Source: a virus
Taxonomy: Duplodnaviria > Heunggongvirae > Uroviricota > Caudoviricetes
Virus record (IMG/VR): IMGVR_UViG_2713896799_000015
Location: 1 to 41,227 of that record
Direction: 5' to 3' (one strand)
DNA length: 41,227 nt
Numbering within the stretch: the stretch's first letter is position 1; each line of letters begins with the position of its first letter. The position numbers were made by a program, and so were the translations under genes. Under the pieces are notes generated by a model. The model was not told where the DNA came from. It saw only the letters and a list, made by a program, of their open reading frames with translations, and did no database searches. Below, piece by piece: positions 1-8,958 of the stretch.

Positions 1-516
1 ATGAAATTTAAAAAATGTCTTCTGCCTGTGGCAATGTTAGCGTCATTCACTCTGGCAGGATGCCAGTCAAATGCTGACGATCATGCTGCCGATGTTTATC
101 AAACCGATCAACTGAATACCAAACAAGAAACTAAAACCGTTAATATTATTTCCATTCTTCCCGCAAAAGTTGCCGTAGACAACTCCCAAAATAAACGGAA
201 CGCACAAGCCTTCGGCGCGCTTATTGGCGCAGTCGCTGGCGGTGTTATCGGCCACAACGTCGGGTCTGGCAGCAATTCCGGAACGACGGCAGGTGCAGTT
301 GGCGGCGGAGCTGTAGGCGCGGCAGCGGGTTCTATGGTGAATGATAAAACCTTAGTGGAAGGTGTTTCTTTAACCTATAAGGAAGGCACCAAAGTGTATA
401 CCTCTACCCAGGTGGGTAAAGAGTGCCAGTTTACGACAGGTTTAGCCGTTGTTATTACCACGACGTATAACGAAACGCGTATTCAGCCAAATACCAAATG
501 TCCTGAAAAGAGCTAA
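1..516 (+). CDS. yfgH: Outer-membrane lipoprotein with glycine-zipper region; host flank, probably YfgH
   Basis: Signal peptide with lipobox LAGC, Gly/Ala-rich zipper (GALIGAVAGGVIGH...GAVGGGAVGAAAGS). Size (171 aa) and position next to a 179-aa gene fit E. coli yfgH-yfgI; symbol is from recollection of the locus, not sequence identity. Confidence 0.5.
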   Translation: MKFKKCLLPVAMLASFTLAGCQSNADDHAADVYQTDQLNTKQETKTVNIISILPAKVAVDNSQNKRNAQAFGALIGAVAGGVIGHNVGSGSNSGTTAGAVGGGAVGAAAGSMVNDKTLVEGVSLTYKEGTKVYTSTQVGKECQFTTGLAVVITTTYNETRIQPNTKCPEKS

Positions 517-531
517 TAATCAGGAGGAGTC

Positions 532-1071
532 ATGAAGAAAGTTTTTCTTTGCGCCATCTTAGCCTCCTTAAGCTATCCGGCTATCGCCTCATCATTGCAG
601 GATCAACTCTCTGCTGTCGCAGAAGCGGAACAGCAAGGTAAAAATGAAGAGCAAAGGCAGCATGACGAATGGGTCGCGGAGCGCAACAGGGAAATCCAGC
701 AAGAGAAGCAACGTCGCGCAAATGCCCAGGCCGCCGCTAACAAAAGAGCGGCAACGGCAGCGGCAAATAAGAAAGCTCGTCAGGATAAACTGGACGCCGA
801 AGCCTCTGCGGACAAAAAACGCGATCAAAGTTATGAAGATGAGCTACGCAGCTTAGAGATTCAGAAACAAAAACTGGCGCTGGCGAAAGAAGAAGCCCGC
901 GTTAAGCGAGAAAACGAATTTATCGATCAGGAACTGAAGCACAAAGCTGCGCAAACCGATGTGGTGCAATCTGAAGCTGACGCCAACAGAAATATGACTG
1001 AAGGCGGTCGCGATCTGATGAAAAGCGTGGGCAAAGCAGAAGAGAACAAATCGGACAGCTGGTTTAATTAA
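532..1071 (+). CDS. yfgI: Secreted Lys/Glu/Ala-rich coiled-coil protein; host flank, probably YfgI
   Basis: AGGAGG RBS 8 nt upstream, N-terminal signal peptide, 179 aa as in E. coli YfgI; followed by a strong terminator. Confidence 0.5.
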   Translation: MKKVFLCAILASLSYPAIASSLQDQLSAVAEAEQQGKNEEQRQHDEWVAERNREIQQEKQRRANAQAAANKRAATAAANKKARQDKLDAEASADKKRDQSYEDELRSLEIQKQKLALAKEEARVKRENEFIDQELKHKAAQTDVVQSEADANRNMTEGGRDLMKSVGKAEENKSDSWFN

Positions 1072-1110
1072 TCGATGTTAGTAACTTCAATCCTATAATT
1101 CTTGAAGATA

Positions 1111-1142
1111 AAAAACCCTCTGTAGTAACAGAGGGTTTTGTT
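1111..1142. terminator. Rho-independent terminator (bidirectional look) ending the host operon
   Basis: A-run, stem CCCTCTG (1116-1122), loop TAGTAA, stem CAGAGGG (1129-1135), then TTTTGTT. Confidence 0.7.
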
Positions 1143-1288
1143 CATTCATAGTGCAGGGTCAAATCATTCCCACTCAATTATTTACGACATGAATAACCAA
1201 TTGACTGATAACAACTTTCTGCAACCTGATTTTCACCGTACCGTTTTATATACCGTCACCGGAAATCAGTACCATGAAAAATGCCATG

Positions 1289-1771
1289 CTATCTGGTCAG
1301 GGTGTCGTACTGTTTTTCACAGACTCTTCCGGCTTCGGCTGCCCGGTCAGCATACTCTGCCAGTTGTCTGTTTCTCTCGAGAGATTTGCTGAGCACGTTG
1401 GCAAGCAAAACTCCGGTGTCTGCGGCTGACGTCCCAGCGCCGATAATGGCGTTATACTGCCTGAGCTGCTCACGGATGGCAACGAGCTGTTGCTGCAACC
1501 GGCCAGCGCGAGCGGCAGCATCAAGAGCATCATTGCGCGCCTGGTCGATCCTCTGCTGCGCTTCACGTTCATTGATCGATTTCTCCTGTTCGTAGTGCTG
1601 ACGAACTCTCTCATCTTCGGTTTTGCGGTCTTCTTTCGCCTGCGCATACCCGGCGTCGTACTGACGACTGCCGTGTGCATTCCAGGCGACAACTCCTGAT
1701 ATGACCAGAACAGCAAGCATCGCCATGATAACCAACTGTTTCCAGTATGCTTTTGCGAATGCCCAGATCAT
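1289..1771 (-). CDS. Rz-like i-spanin
   Basis: N-terminal TM helix then charged coiled-coil region; directly downstream of endolysin with 4-nt overlap. Confidence 0.6.
   Translation of the reverse strand: MIWAFAKAYWKQLVIMAMLAVLVISGVVAWNAHGSRQYDAGYAQAKEDRKTEDERVRQHYEQEKSINEREAQQRIDQARNDALDAAARAGRLQQQLVAIREQLRQYNAIIGAGTSAADTGVLLANVLSKSLERNRQLAEYADRAAEAGRVCEKQYDTLTR
1297..1533 (-). CDS. Rz1-like o-spanin lipoprotein, embedded in Rz in another frame
   Basis: Internal Met followed by [11 protein letters not shown] lipobox and a Pro/Ser-rich 78-aa body, fully inside the Rz ORF. Confidence 0.5.
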   Translation of the reverse strand: MMLLMLPLALAGCSNSSLPSVSSSGSITPLSALGRQPQTPEFCLPTCSANLSRETDNWQSMLTGQPKPEESVKNSTTP

Positions 1772-2397
1772 ACCGCCAGCACCTTACTGGCAGTGATGTA
1801 TCGCGCGCGCCGGTCATCAATGCCGTTCCGACCACCATTGATAAGCAGAGTTACACGTGCAATATCTCCGGTATACTTCATGCAGCCTTTGCTGGAGAAG
1901 AACCACGCCGCGCTACGAGCCGCGTATTCGTCCTGCGCCAGCAGTTCAGGACTCTCCAGCAGGTCAACCTTAAGACCGTTTCCACAGTCACGATAGTTAT
2001 TCAAACCGGTAATCTGGATAAGTCCGCGCCCACGGTAGTTCCAGCCGTCACCATGGGCATTGTTACCCATGCGTTTGCTGTACACCAGATTTGCGATCGC
2101 ACGCTGGCGCTCGAGTGGTAATGGCGGTTCACCAGCACGGCGACCCAGTGCGTTGGCTTGTCCCTGAGTGAGACGACCGGCACGAACGAAGTTAGCCAGT
2201 CCGGTGACGCTGTAGTTGAAATTTTCCTGCAACCGGATGAAGCCTCCAGACTCATGCCCAACCTGAGCAATAAACATTGCCTGATCTTCTGGTTTGCTGA
2301 TACCAAACTCTTTCATCGCAGAAGTTATATGCGAGAACCAGCGTGCGGCCAGCGCCTCGCTAATACCAGCAGCTCGCTGGAATTGTTTAATCTCCAT
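1768..2397 (-). CDS. Endolysin, GH19 (chitinase-like) lysozyme type
   Basis: Motifs [12 protein letters not shown] and [15 protein letters not shown]; start taken at internal MEIKQ (ATG at 2397) rather than the longer ORF. Confidence 0.75.
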   Translation of the reverse strand: MEIKQFQRAAGISEALAARWFSHITSAMKEFGISKPEDQAMFIAQVGHESGGFIRLQENFNYSVTGLANFVRAGRLTQGQANALGRRAGEPPLPLERQRAIANLVYSKRMGNNAHGDGWNYRGRGLIQITGLNNYRDCGNGLKVDLLESPELLAQDEYAARSAAWFFSSKGCMKYTGDIARVTLLINGGRNGIDDRRARYITASKVLAV

Positions 2398-2695
2398 GTT
2401 TAGACCTCGATATTTTGAAAATCTGAACAACGTTACCGCGTGTTTTAATAACCGCGGCAAGCATGACAGCGTTGATAATGACCTCAGATAAATCCACAGC
2501 CATTGGCGTGCGTAACCAGATTGCATAGACGACACGAACAGGAATACTGGCAGCAGCAACAATAAGGAAATAAGCAAGCCACCCTCCCCATCTTCGATGT
2601 TGAGAGCCGTTACGCCGGAATGTGACAACGCGAATTGCTATGCCAGTACAAATAACTGCATTGGTGATAAGCAAAAAAAACTCATGCGTTACCAT
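2387..2695 (-). CDS. Holin/antiholin-like small membrane protein
   Basis: 102 aa with 2-3 hydrophobic helices, immediately upstream of endolysin. Confidence 0.45.
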   Translation of the reverse strand: MVTHEFFLLITNAVICTGIAIRVVTFRRNGSQHRRWGGWLAYFLIVAAASIPVRVVYAIWLRTPMAVDLSEVIINAVMLAAVIKTRGNVVQIFKISRSKHGD

Positions 2696-3095
2696 CGTCT
2701 TTTCTCCCCGGAATTAAATCGCGTGGATTGTCTGAACGGTGGTAGAGCCATATACCAATACGCACAGCGACAATTGCTGACACGAATGCGCCAGCAGAGA
2801 AAACAATCCCTTTTTCAAAAGAGTCCTGCGTGATGGTAGGGATCAGGCTGGCTATGCCGATAAGAATTGATGCTGCTGGTTTGTAGAAAAGAAGTCCGCA
2901 GAGAAAGCTAAGCATCGATAAGAGTACGCGACGATGAATTGGGTACTCTACCGCAGAGGTAACAAAAATTACCGCACCAGCCAAAGACCCTAAAGCAACC
3001 TCAGGAGGAACTCCTGCTATAACCGCAGCAAGAGAACTCATACTAAGCCATTGATTTAAAGATTCGCTGGTTAGCTGAACTGACATAAAGACCAC
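2682..3095 (-). CDS. Holin-like membrane protein
   Basis: 137 aa, several TM segments, charged C-terminus; first gene of lysis cassette. Confidence 0.45.
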   Translation of the reverse strand: MVFMSVQLTSESLNQWLSMSSLAAVIAGVPPEVALGSLAGAVIFVTSAVEYPIHRRVLLSMLSFLCGLLFYKPAASILIGIASLIPTITQDSFEKGIVFSAGAFVSAIVAVRIGIWLYHRSDNPRDLIPGRKDDGNA

Positions 3096-3189
3096 CGTTT
3101 AATGTGCATGAAGCCCCACTTAGTTAGTGAAATAACACACATATTAAACCATATATGAATCACATTTAAACGGATAACTCTTCACGAAA

Positions 3190-3204
3190 TTACCCTATAG
3201 GTGA
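3190..3204. promoter_or_regulatory. Operator-like site TTACC-CTATA-GGTGA (imperfect) upstream of acyltransferase gene
   Basis: Matches the TTACC-N5-GGTAA family with one mismatch in the right half; 37 bp upstream of the 3241 start. Confidence 0.4.
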
Positions 3205-3240
3205 TATCATTGGGTTATCCTATTCAAAACGATAGCAATT

Positions 3241-5181
3241 ATGTCTTATTTAAAATACAGAACAGATATTGATGGGCTGCGAGCTATTGCGGTTTTGCTG
3301 GTCGTGCTGTACCACGCAAACTTTCCTATTCATGGTGGTTTTATTGGTGTAGATGTTTTTTTCGTCATATCAGGATATCTCATTACCAACATCATATATA
3401 AAGAGACTAAAAGAAATATTTTTTCATTCCTTAATTTTTACAAACGTCGAATAAAGAGATTGCTCCCAGCTTTTGCTTTTCTTCTTTTATTTTTATTTGT
3501 TTACTGCAAATTATATTTGATGCCAGATGAACTTATATCATTCTCTAAAAGTGCGGTATACGCTCTTCTTGGCATAAGCAATTTCTATTTTTTTAGTAGC
3601 ACAGGTTACTTTAACTCAACCTCTTATGAACCGCTTTTACACACATGGTCGCTTTCCGTTGAAGAGCAGTTCTACATTGTATGGCCTTTCATCGTTTTCA
3701 TGCTCGCTCGGAACTCAGGGACAAAAAAAGCAATAATAATATCCTCATTACTATTTATTGTATTCCTTGGTATTTCACAGTATGGAGCGGTTAATTATAA
3801 AACAGCAGCGTATCTCCTACTGCCTTTTAGGTTCTTTGAGTTGCTCTCAGGTGCCCTACTTGCTATCTATAAAGATTCAATAACAAAACATCTGCGCCAC
3901 GGTTCTGTAATTTCACTGGTCGGCGTAATGCTGATTGTGTTGAGTTCATTATTTATAAATTCTAACACGCCATTTCCTGGGTTCACTGTTTTGCCTACAT
4001 GTTTAGGCGCTGTAATGCTTATTGCTGCAGGTGACTCATCCAAAAACTTCATTTCTAAAGTGCTGTCTTTAACTCCAGTTGTTTATGTAGGAAGAATTTC
4101 CTACTCTCTTTATTTATGGCACTGGCCTGTACTGATTCTTGCTGAATATAGGGGGATCGATCTTACGGCCTTAAATGCGACGGCGCTCATACTTATCGCA
4201 TTCATCATGGCAAGCATAAGCTATCACTTCGTTGAAAAGCCATTTAGGAAGGATTCGCTGCAATATTTCAGGACTGCATTTATAACCATCTACCTGATAC
4301 CATTAATAGTATCCGCTGCCTATGCAGCGTACATTTTAAAAAATGATGGTTTTCGCGCCAAAAGTTCAGAGTTAGTATCTGAATTAGAAGAGAGAAATGC
4401 GACAAATATTATGCGCCCACAGTGTATTGATAAATTATTTATCGGTAATGTAAATGACTGTCATCTTGGCGTTAATAAAGGCGAAGTAGATGGCGTGCTT
4501 CTTGGTGACTCCTTTGGTAATGCATATGCTTACTTTATTGATGAACTTGCGAAAGATGCTGGAATATCAATAACAGATACTACATATAGCTCAACACCTG
4601 TAATATCAGGAATTTATGTGCAGGATATCAGGAATAAGATATCTGACATAGATGCTAACCTGATAATGACATATACAAAAAACAGGCTGGAGTATGCAGC
4701 AAAACAAAAGTTCGCGATAATTTCCGTTTTTTGGGATCAGTACGGGCCACAAAATAATTACTTCCGTATCTTCGATAAAAACGGTGACGTATCGGAGAAT
4801 GCTTACCAGTTGCAATCTGAAGCAATAAAATATCTGCTGTCCAATGGCGTGAAAGTTTACATCATTGCAAGACCTTACCAGTCTATTGGCCCTGCTGCGA
4901 TAAACAAACTGCGCCAAATTAAGCTGCGGCATGGGGATGTAACAACTGAAAAATATGAATACGGCGTAAAGAAAGATGATCGGATAGAATACAAGTTAAA
5001 GCAGGAGTTCCCTCAGATAACGCTAATCGATCCTAACGATGTACTTTGCCACAAAGGGGAATGTGATGCCATCGTGGATGGAAAGATCATTTTCAGAACT
5101 GATGGTTCACACCTGAATGCTGTTGGAGCAAAAAAAATCGGGGAAGAGTATTTGAAAAACTACGCAAACCCATTTCGATAA
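3241..5181 (+). CDS. O-antigen acetyltransferase, OafA/Oac-like (acyltransferase-3 membrane domain plus C-terminal SGNH-type domain)
   Basis: N-terminal RTDIDGLRAIAVLLVVLYHA...GVDVFFVISGYLIT motif, about 10 TM segments, 646 aa; AT-rich and opposite in strand to neighbours (moron). Confidence 0.8.
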   Translation: MSYLKYRTDIDGLRAIAVLLVVLYHANFPIHGGFIGVDVFFVISGYLITNIIYKETKRNIFSFLNFYKRRIKRLLPAFAFLLLFLFVYCKLYLMPDELISFSKSAVYALLGISNFYFFSSTGYFNSTSYEPLLHTWSLSVEEQFYIVWPFIVFMLARNSGTKKAIIISSLLFIVFLGISQYGAVNYKTAAYLLLPFRFFELLSGALLAIYKDSITKHLRHGSVISLVGVMLIVLSSLFINSNTPFPGFTVLPTCLGAVMLIAAGDSSKNFISKVLSLTPVVYVGRISYSLYLWHWPVLILAEYRGIDLTALNATALILIAFIMASISYHFVEKPFRKDSLQYFRTAFITIYLIPLIVSAAYAAYILKNDGFRAKSSELVSELEERNATNIMRPQCIDKLFIGNVNDCHLGVNKGEVDGVLLGDSFGNAYAYFIDELAKDAGISITDTTYSSTPVISGIYVQDIRNKISDIDANLIMTYTKNRLEYAAKQKFAIISVFWDQYGPQNNYFRIFDKNGDVSENAYQLQSEAIKYLLSNGVKVYIIARPYQSIGPAAINKLRQIKLRHGDVTTEKYEYGVKKDDRIEYKLKQEFPQITLIDPNDVLCHKGECDAIVDGKIIFRTDGSHLNAVGAKKIGEEYLKNYANPFR

Positions 5182-5185
5182 GGAG

Positions 5186-5203
5186 TGCGCCTCGCGGCGC
5201 ACA
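5186..5203. terminator. Hairpin between convergent acyltransferase and tailspike genes
   Basis: GTGCGCC-TCGC-GGCGCAC palindrome between two stop codons. Confidence 0.5.
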
Positions 5204-5211
5204 TGCCTAAA

Positions 5212-7443
5212 TTAAGACTTCTTAATGTACGACCATGTAACAGTGGTCGTACCGCTGCTGGTAATAGATATATTCCTTTCTGATGCGCTTGCTGTGAGGA
5301 ACGCCGCAGTCTTCAGCGTCTGGATCATTGCTGTCGTACCATCATAAATTACCAGGAATGAAATCGCGTAGTTTGCACCTCCGCCAGAAACCCACACGTT
5401 AACATCATAAACTCCCTCAGAGTTTGGCAAAGTAAATAGCACGGACGCTACGTTAGCGTTGACCGATTTAGTACCCTTGTCGGTATAGACCGTGGGCACC
5501 TGAAGCCCATTGGCATTTTTATTTTCTACATACCCACCAGCAATAACGCCTGACGTGATGCAGTTCGTGTAGTTAACGTTGCCGGTGCTCACAGTAGAGA
5601 TGGTTGGAGTTCCTCCGGCCGGAGCCTGGAACCGGCAGTTATCTGCATCAACCTGCGAGGTTACATCTGCGTGGATGAATGATGGATAGCCGGCCATTCC
5701 TTCAAAAGCGATCGGCGTACCATCGAAGCTATCTTTGCAGTTCAGCATCTTCACGCGAGATCCATTCATCGCGCGGTAAAAATCAACGATACCATTAGAA
5801 CCACCGAAAGATGTTTTCAACTTGTTGCCAGAACCAACTGCCCCGACTATCGAAACGGTTGAATTATCGAATGTCATAAACGCCACCTCAAGTGCTGAGT
5901 TGTTGTTTATAACGTTCGCCTCACCATCAAAACCGGAGATAAGAAATCCGTGACAATTCGAAAGGTAAATAGCAGACTGACCGATAGACGCGTTGGAGTT
6001 TACTGTCATCTTATCTGCTGCGCAGTTCGTCATCTGCCCTGAAAGGAGGTTTGTTAAATACCACGCGCATACACCCCCCATTACATAGCAGGACTCATAA
6101 TGGATCGTCGTGCCGGTGTTTTTGTAGAAACCACCGCGACTGCGACGCACCCATACATGCTCAAGCCTAGACATATAATTTCCAGAGTCGTCATATACTC
6201 CCCACCATGCCCCATCTATATCGACGTTTTTAATCCTTATCAAACCCGGCGATGTCTCACCACCATTTATAAGAATGCCAATTTTACCGTCGTTTGTGGC
6301 AGCATCTGTTGGATAGTCAATTCCATTCTGATCATAGAAAATATATAAATTCTCAATATTTCCTGAAGCAAAAGACTCTCCATAATGGAAGCACGCTTTA
6401 TTTCCAATTACGGAAATAAAAGTCCCTGATCTGTTTATTATGTTATTACACTCACCGTATACAGTTGCAGATGTATTCATCTTAATAATGTCATTAACAA
6501 AATATGCATTTCCACCTGGAATAAACACATTTCGTCCAGTGTTAATAGCTGCCTGTATTCCTGCGTAGTCAAAAGACTGGGTAAGCGATGTCACAAATGG
6601 ATATACCATTTGTGCTGCTGTCAATGTTGAAAACACTTCGCTTAACTGATGAAGTTTTCCATCGCCTGTAGCACCAAAATCTTTTGCACTAATAAAATCG
6701 CTGTTTTTATCATGCTGTGTACGAATAAATGAACTAATGAAAGGTTGCTTCACCGAGATCAGAGCATCGCCTTTCCCGTCCTCGCCGCTGGCCAACTGGT
6801 TGAATACGTCAGCCGCCGTTCCTGAAGGCACAGGGAACGGAACGGGCTTACCGTTGGCGATGCCGATTATGCTTCCTTCAAGTTGAGCGAGAGGTGGCAG
6901 CGGATCGATATAAGAATCAGGAACACGGATTGTATGGTCGATATTCGATAAAACTGTACTGTCCACATAATTCTTTGTGGATGCATCCTGCGGGTTTACC
7001 GGGTCTTTCAGGTTTCGAATATAGTTGTTCAGCGCGTTATAATAATTTGCCACGAATGACGGCTTGCGCAGCGCCAAGCTAAACCAACTTCGAACCTGCT
7101 GGATCAGCATCGTTAGCTTATCAAAAGCATCCTCATGCACTTCTGCAAAGAACTTACCCTGATTACGCAAATCAGTTTCCTGCGTAACCGGGAGCTCTCG
7201 TGATATAGAAATCTGGTAACCGTTAGCTAACGCCTTCGACAGAATTACATTACCGCCGTTATATCCACCAGCCCCAGTGACAGTGTAATCAGTATCAAGA
7301 GCCAGCACAGCGATATTTTCGTCAAGGTCAACCACCTGCACTACCAGATCAGATTCCTTGAAAACCCTAAAGGTATAAGGGAATGAAGTCGTAACGCCAT
7401 TGCCTGTGTATTCGTTGTGGTCAACTTCGGTTGAGACCGTCAT
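5212..7443 (-). CDS. Tailspike / tail fiber protein
   Basis: N-terminus (YTGNGVTTSFPYTFRVF...) resembles the T7 gp17-type adaptor domain; long Gly/Asn-rich beta-helix-like body; last gene of the T7-like structural order. Confidence 0.7.
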   Translation of the reverse strand: MTVSTEVDHNEYTGNGVTTSFPYTFRVFKESDLVVQVVDLDENIAVLALDTDYTVTGAGGYNGGNVILSKALANGYQISISRELPVTQETDLRNQGKFFAEVHEDAFDKLTMLIQQVRSWFSLALRKPSFVANYYNALNNYIRNLKDPVNPQDASTKNYVDSTVLSNIDHTIRVPDSYIDPLPPLAQLEGSIIGIANGKPVPFPVPSGTAADVFNQLASGEDGKGDALISVKQPFISSFIRTQHDKNSDFISAKDFGATGDGKLHQLSEVFSTLTAAQMVYPFVTSLTQSFDYAGIQAAINTGRNVFIPGGNAYFVNDIIKMNTSATVYGECNNIINRSGTFISVIGNKACFHYGESFASGNIENLYIFYDQNGIDYPTDAATNDGKIGILINGGETSPGLIRIKNVDIDGAWWGVYDDSGNYMSRLEHVWVRRSRGGFYKNTGTTIHYESCYVMGGVCAWYLTNLLSGQMTNCAADKMTVNSNASIGQSAIYLSNCHGFLISGFDGEANVINNNSALEVAFMTFDNSTVSIVGAVGSGNKLKTSFGGSNGIVDFYRAMNGSRVKMLNCKDSFDGTPIAFEGMAGYPSFIHADVTSQVDADNCRFQAPAGGTPTISTVSTGNVNYTNCITSGVIAGGYVENKNANGLQVPTVYTDKGTKSVNANVASVLFTLPNSEGVYDVNVWVSGGGANYAISFLVIYDGTTAMIQTLKTAAFLTASASERNISITSSGTTTVTWSYIKKS

Positions 7444-7547
7444 GTTAAATCTCCAGATAGTCGCAGCACCCGTTGCGCCGCATATCTGGTTATTCTATTA
7501 CCTGAAAAACCATATATGGATAGAAAGGCTGTAAATACGAATAGATA

Positions 7548-7562
7548 TTACCTTTCAGGTAA
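7548..7562. promoter_or_regulatory. Operator TTACCTTTCAGGTAA (perfect)
   Basis: 15-bp palindrome; the 16-mer ATTACCTTTCAGGTAA is identical to the copy at 25375-25390. Confidence 0.6.
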
Positions 7563-7599
7563 TTTGCAAAACGTGCTGGATAGCAAACAAATTATTTGC

Positions 7600-7619
7600 T
7601 ACTGTATAAATATACAGTT
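7600..7619. promoter_or_regulatory. LexA (SOS) box
   Basis: TACTGTATAAATATACAGTT matches consensus TACTGTATATATATACAGTA at 18 of 20 positions; 20 bp upstream of the 7640 ATG. Confidence 0.75.
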
Positions 7620-7639
7620 ATTGCATGGAGAAGATTAAG

Positions 7640-7897
7640 ATGCAGCAGTATCACTATCCACTGGAAGACGGATTTACCGAAAGGATTCACACGCCGGGAG
7701 GCGTCAGGTCACTGGTGGAGGGATCGCACTTGATGAAATTACTCCGGGATCTCGATAAGGATGGATTTAATGTCGATGGCCCACTTGCCGAACTGACTGC
7801 ACTGATTAACTACGTCACCAGCTCACAGATGTCTATGCGGGATCTGCAAACACATCTCGACTATTGTGCCGAACAATTACGAAAACAAACCCGGTAA
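7640..7897 (+). CDS. Small antirepressor-like protein (stand-alone homolog of Ant C-terminal domain)
   Basis: GGAG 9 nt upstream of ATG; aligns with the last ~85 residues of the 312-aa Ant (shared YxYPL, IHxPxGV, LMKLL, DG, AELT, RDxQTH). Confidence 0.55.
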   Translation: MQQYHYPLEDGFTERIHTPGGVRSLVEGSHLMKLLRDLDKDGFNVDGPLAELTALINYVTSSQMSMRDLQTHLDYCAEQLRKQTR

Positions 7898-7904
7898 ATT
7901 TAAA

Positions 7905-7920
7905 GGCCGCAAGAGCGGCC
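7905..7920. terminator. Hairpin GGCCGC-AAGA-GCGGCC downstream of ant (minus) and of the small gene (plus)
   Basis: On the minus strand the stem is followed by TTTAAATTT. Confidence 0.45.
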
Positions 7921-7921
7921 T

Positions 7922-7933
7922 GTGACATGTCAC
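7922..7933. repeat. Palindrome GTGACATGTCAC, copy 1 of 3
   Basis: Perfect 12-bp palindrome 1 nt from the hairpin; same 12-mer at 26364 and 28628. Confidence 0.7.
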
Positions 7934-7971
7934 GCTAGTTTCGTTTTGCACGTCCCTGTGCCGCCGTTCTG

Positions 7972-8910
7972 TCAGAAGAACCCTGCCTTGTCGTTGATGT
8001 ATTCCGCGTGCGTCTGGATATCACGCAGGCATTTGCTCACACCGACGATGTAGCAGAACATGGTGGTCAGCTCCGCCGCCGCGCCCGATACATCGTGCCC
8101 GTCTTCCTGTAACTGGTTCAGCAGTTTCATCAGCAGTGAGTTCTCCGTCAGGCCGAGAACACCCGACGGCGAATGAATCAGACTGCGGTAGCCTGGCTTC
8201 AATGGATAACCATAACATTTTGTCTGTGTTTTAATTGCCTCACGAAGCGCATCTAACATCTTGACTGCCACTTCATCATTCTCTGATGCAGATCCAGCAG
8301 GGAGATACTCCCCTTCAAGCGGAACCCGAGCAACAAGAGACAACGCTTCGGCAAATTGATCTTCACCAATTTCTTTGTACGAACAGCCAAAATGAGATTT
8401 CAGTGACGACCACATGGTGATCATCGCCTTAGCCTGTTTTTCTTTTGGCAGAGACTGACCGCGACTCATGACGAGTTGTTTAATGGCTTCCTGCTGTTCA
8501 GTTGTTATTTTACCCGGCAACGCCTTTTTAGCTTTGCGTGGGTTAACCACATGGCCTTTAGTCCAGTACTCGTAGAGCACATCGTCACACTCTTCCTGAT
8601 ACTGGATTACCTTGTCGCGGATTTCAGGGCGGACTTTGTTAGGGCTGATGCTGTTCAACCAAGCTGCCAATTTTCGTAAAGCCATACAAATCATGGCTTG
8701 CACCCCACCGGCAGAAGGTATGGTGATTTCCACCATACCCTTCGAGAAGCGTTGAGAAATCTTCTTATGTTGAGATTTCCAGTCTAGCCCCATTCCCTCA
8801 ACGATAGGTTTCATTGGGGTATACGGTTCGCCGTTGTGATTGACAACATAAAGCTCTGCGCCGTGGAATGGCACGTTGATAGTAGATACTGCTGTTGCTA
8901 TACTCGTCAT
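7972..8910 (-). CDS. Antirepressor Ant
   Basis: 312 aa, directly downstream of an Arc-like gene as in P22 immI; C-terminal domain shared with the small LexA-linked gene. Confidence 0.65.
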   Translation of the reverse strand: MTSIATAVSTINVPFHGAELYVVNHNGEPYTPMKPIVEGMGLDWKSQHKKISQRFSKGMVEITIPSAGGVQAMICMALRKLAAWLNSISPNKVRPEIRDKVIQYQEECDDVLYEYWTKGHVVNPRKAKKALPGKITTEQQEAIKQLVMSRGQSLPKEKQAKAMITMWSSLKSHFGCSYKEIGEDQFAEALSLVARVPLEGEYLPAGSASENDEVAVKMLDALREAIKTQTKCYGYPLKPGYRSLIHSPSGVLGLTENSLLMKLLNQLQEDGHDVSGAAAELTTMFCYIVGVSKCLRDIQTHAEYINDKAGFF

Positions 8911-8958
8911 GTCGTTAATTCCTATACGTAGTTTTACGATACTGAAGCCCTGACGGTC

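Noticed and set aside
592-856. Two small ORFs inside the second host gene
   Set aside because: Shadow ORFs within a gene that has a strong RBS and signal peptide.
1138-1838. Plus-strand ORFs and a 75-aa minus ORF overlapping Rz and endolysin
   Set aside because: Overlap the well-supported lysis genes; only the lipobox-bearing embedded frame (Rz1) has independent support.
7506-7523. CCATATATGG palindrome and the similar CCATATATGA at 3143-3152 as a second operator family
   Set aside because: Only one perfect copy and one near copy in AT-rich promoter regions; not enough recurrence to separate from ordinary promoter sequence.
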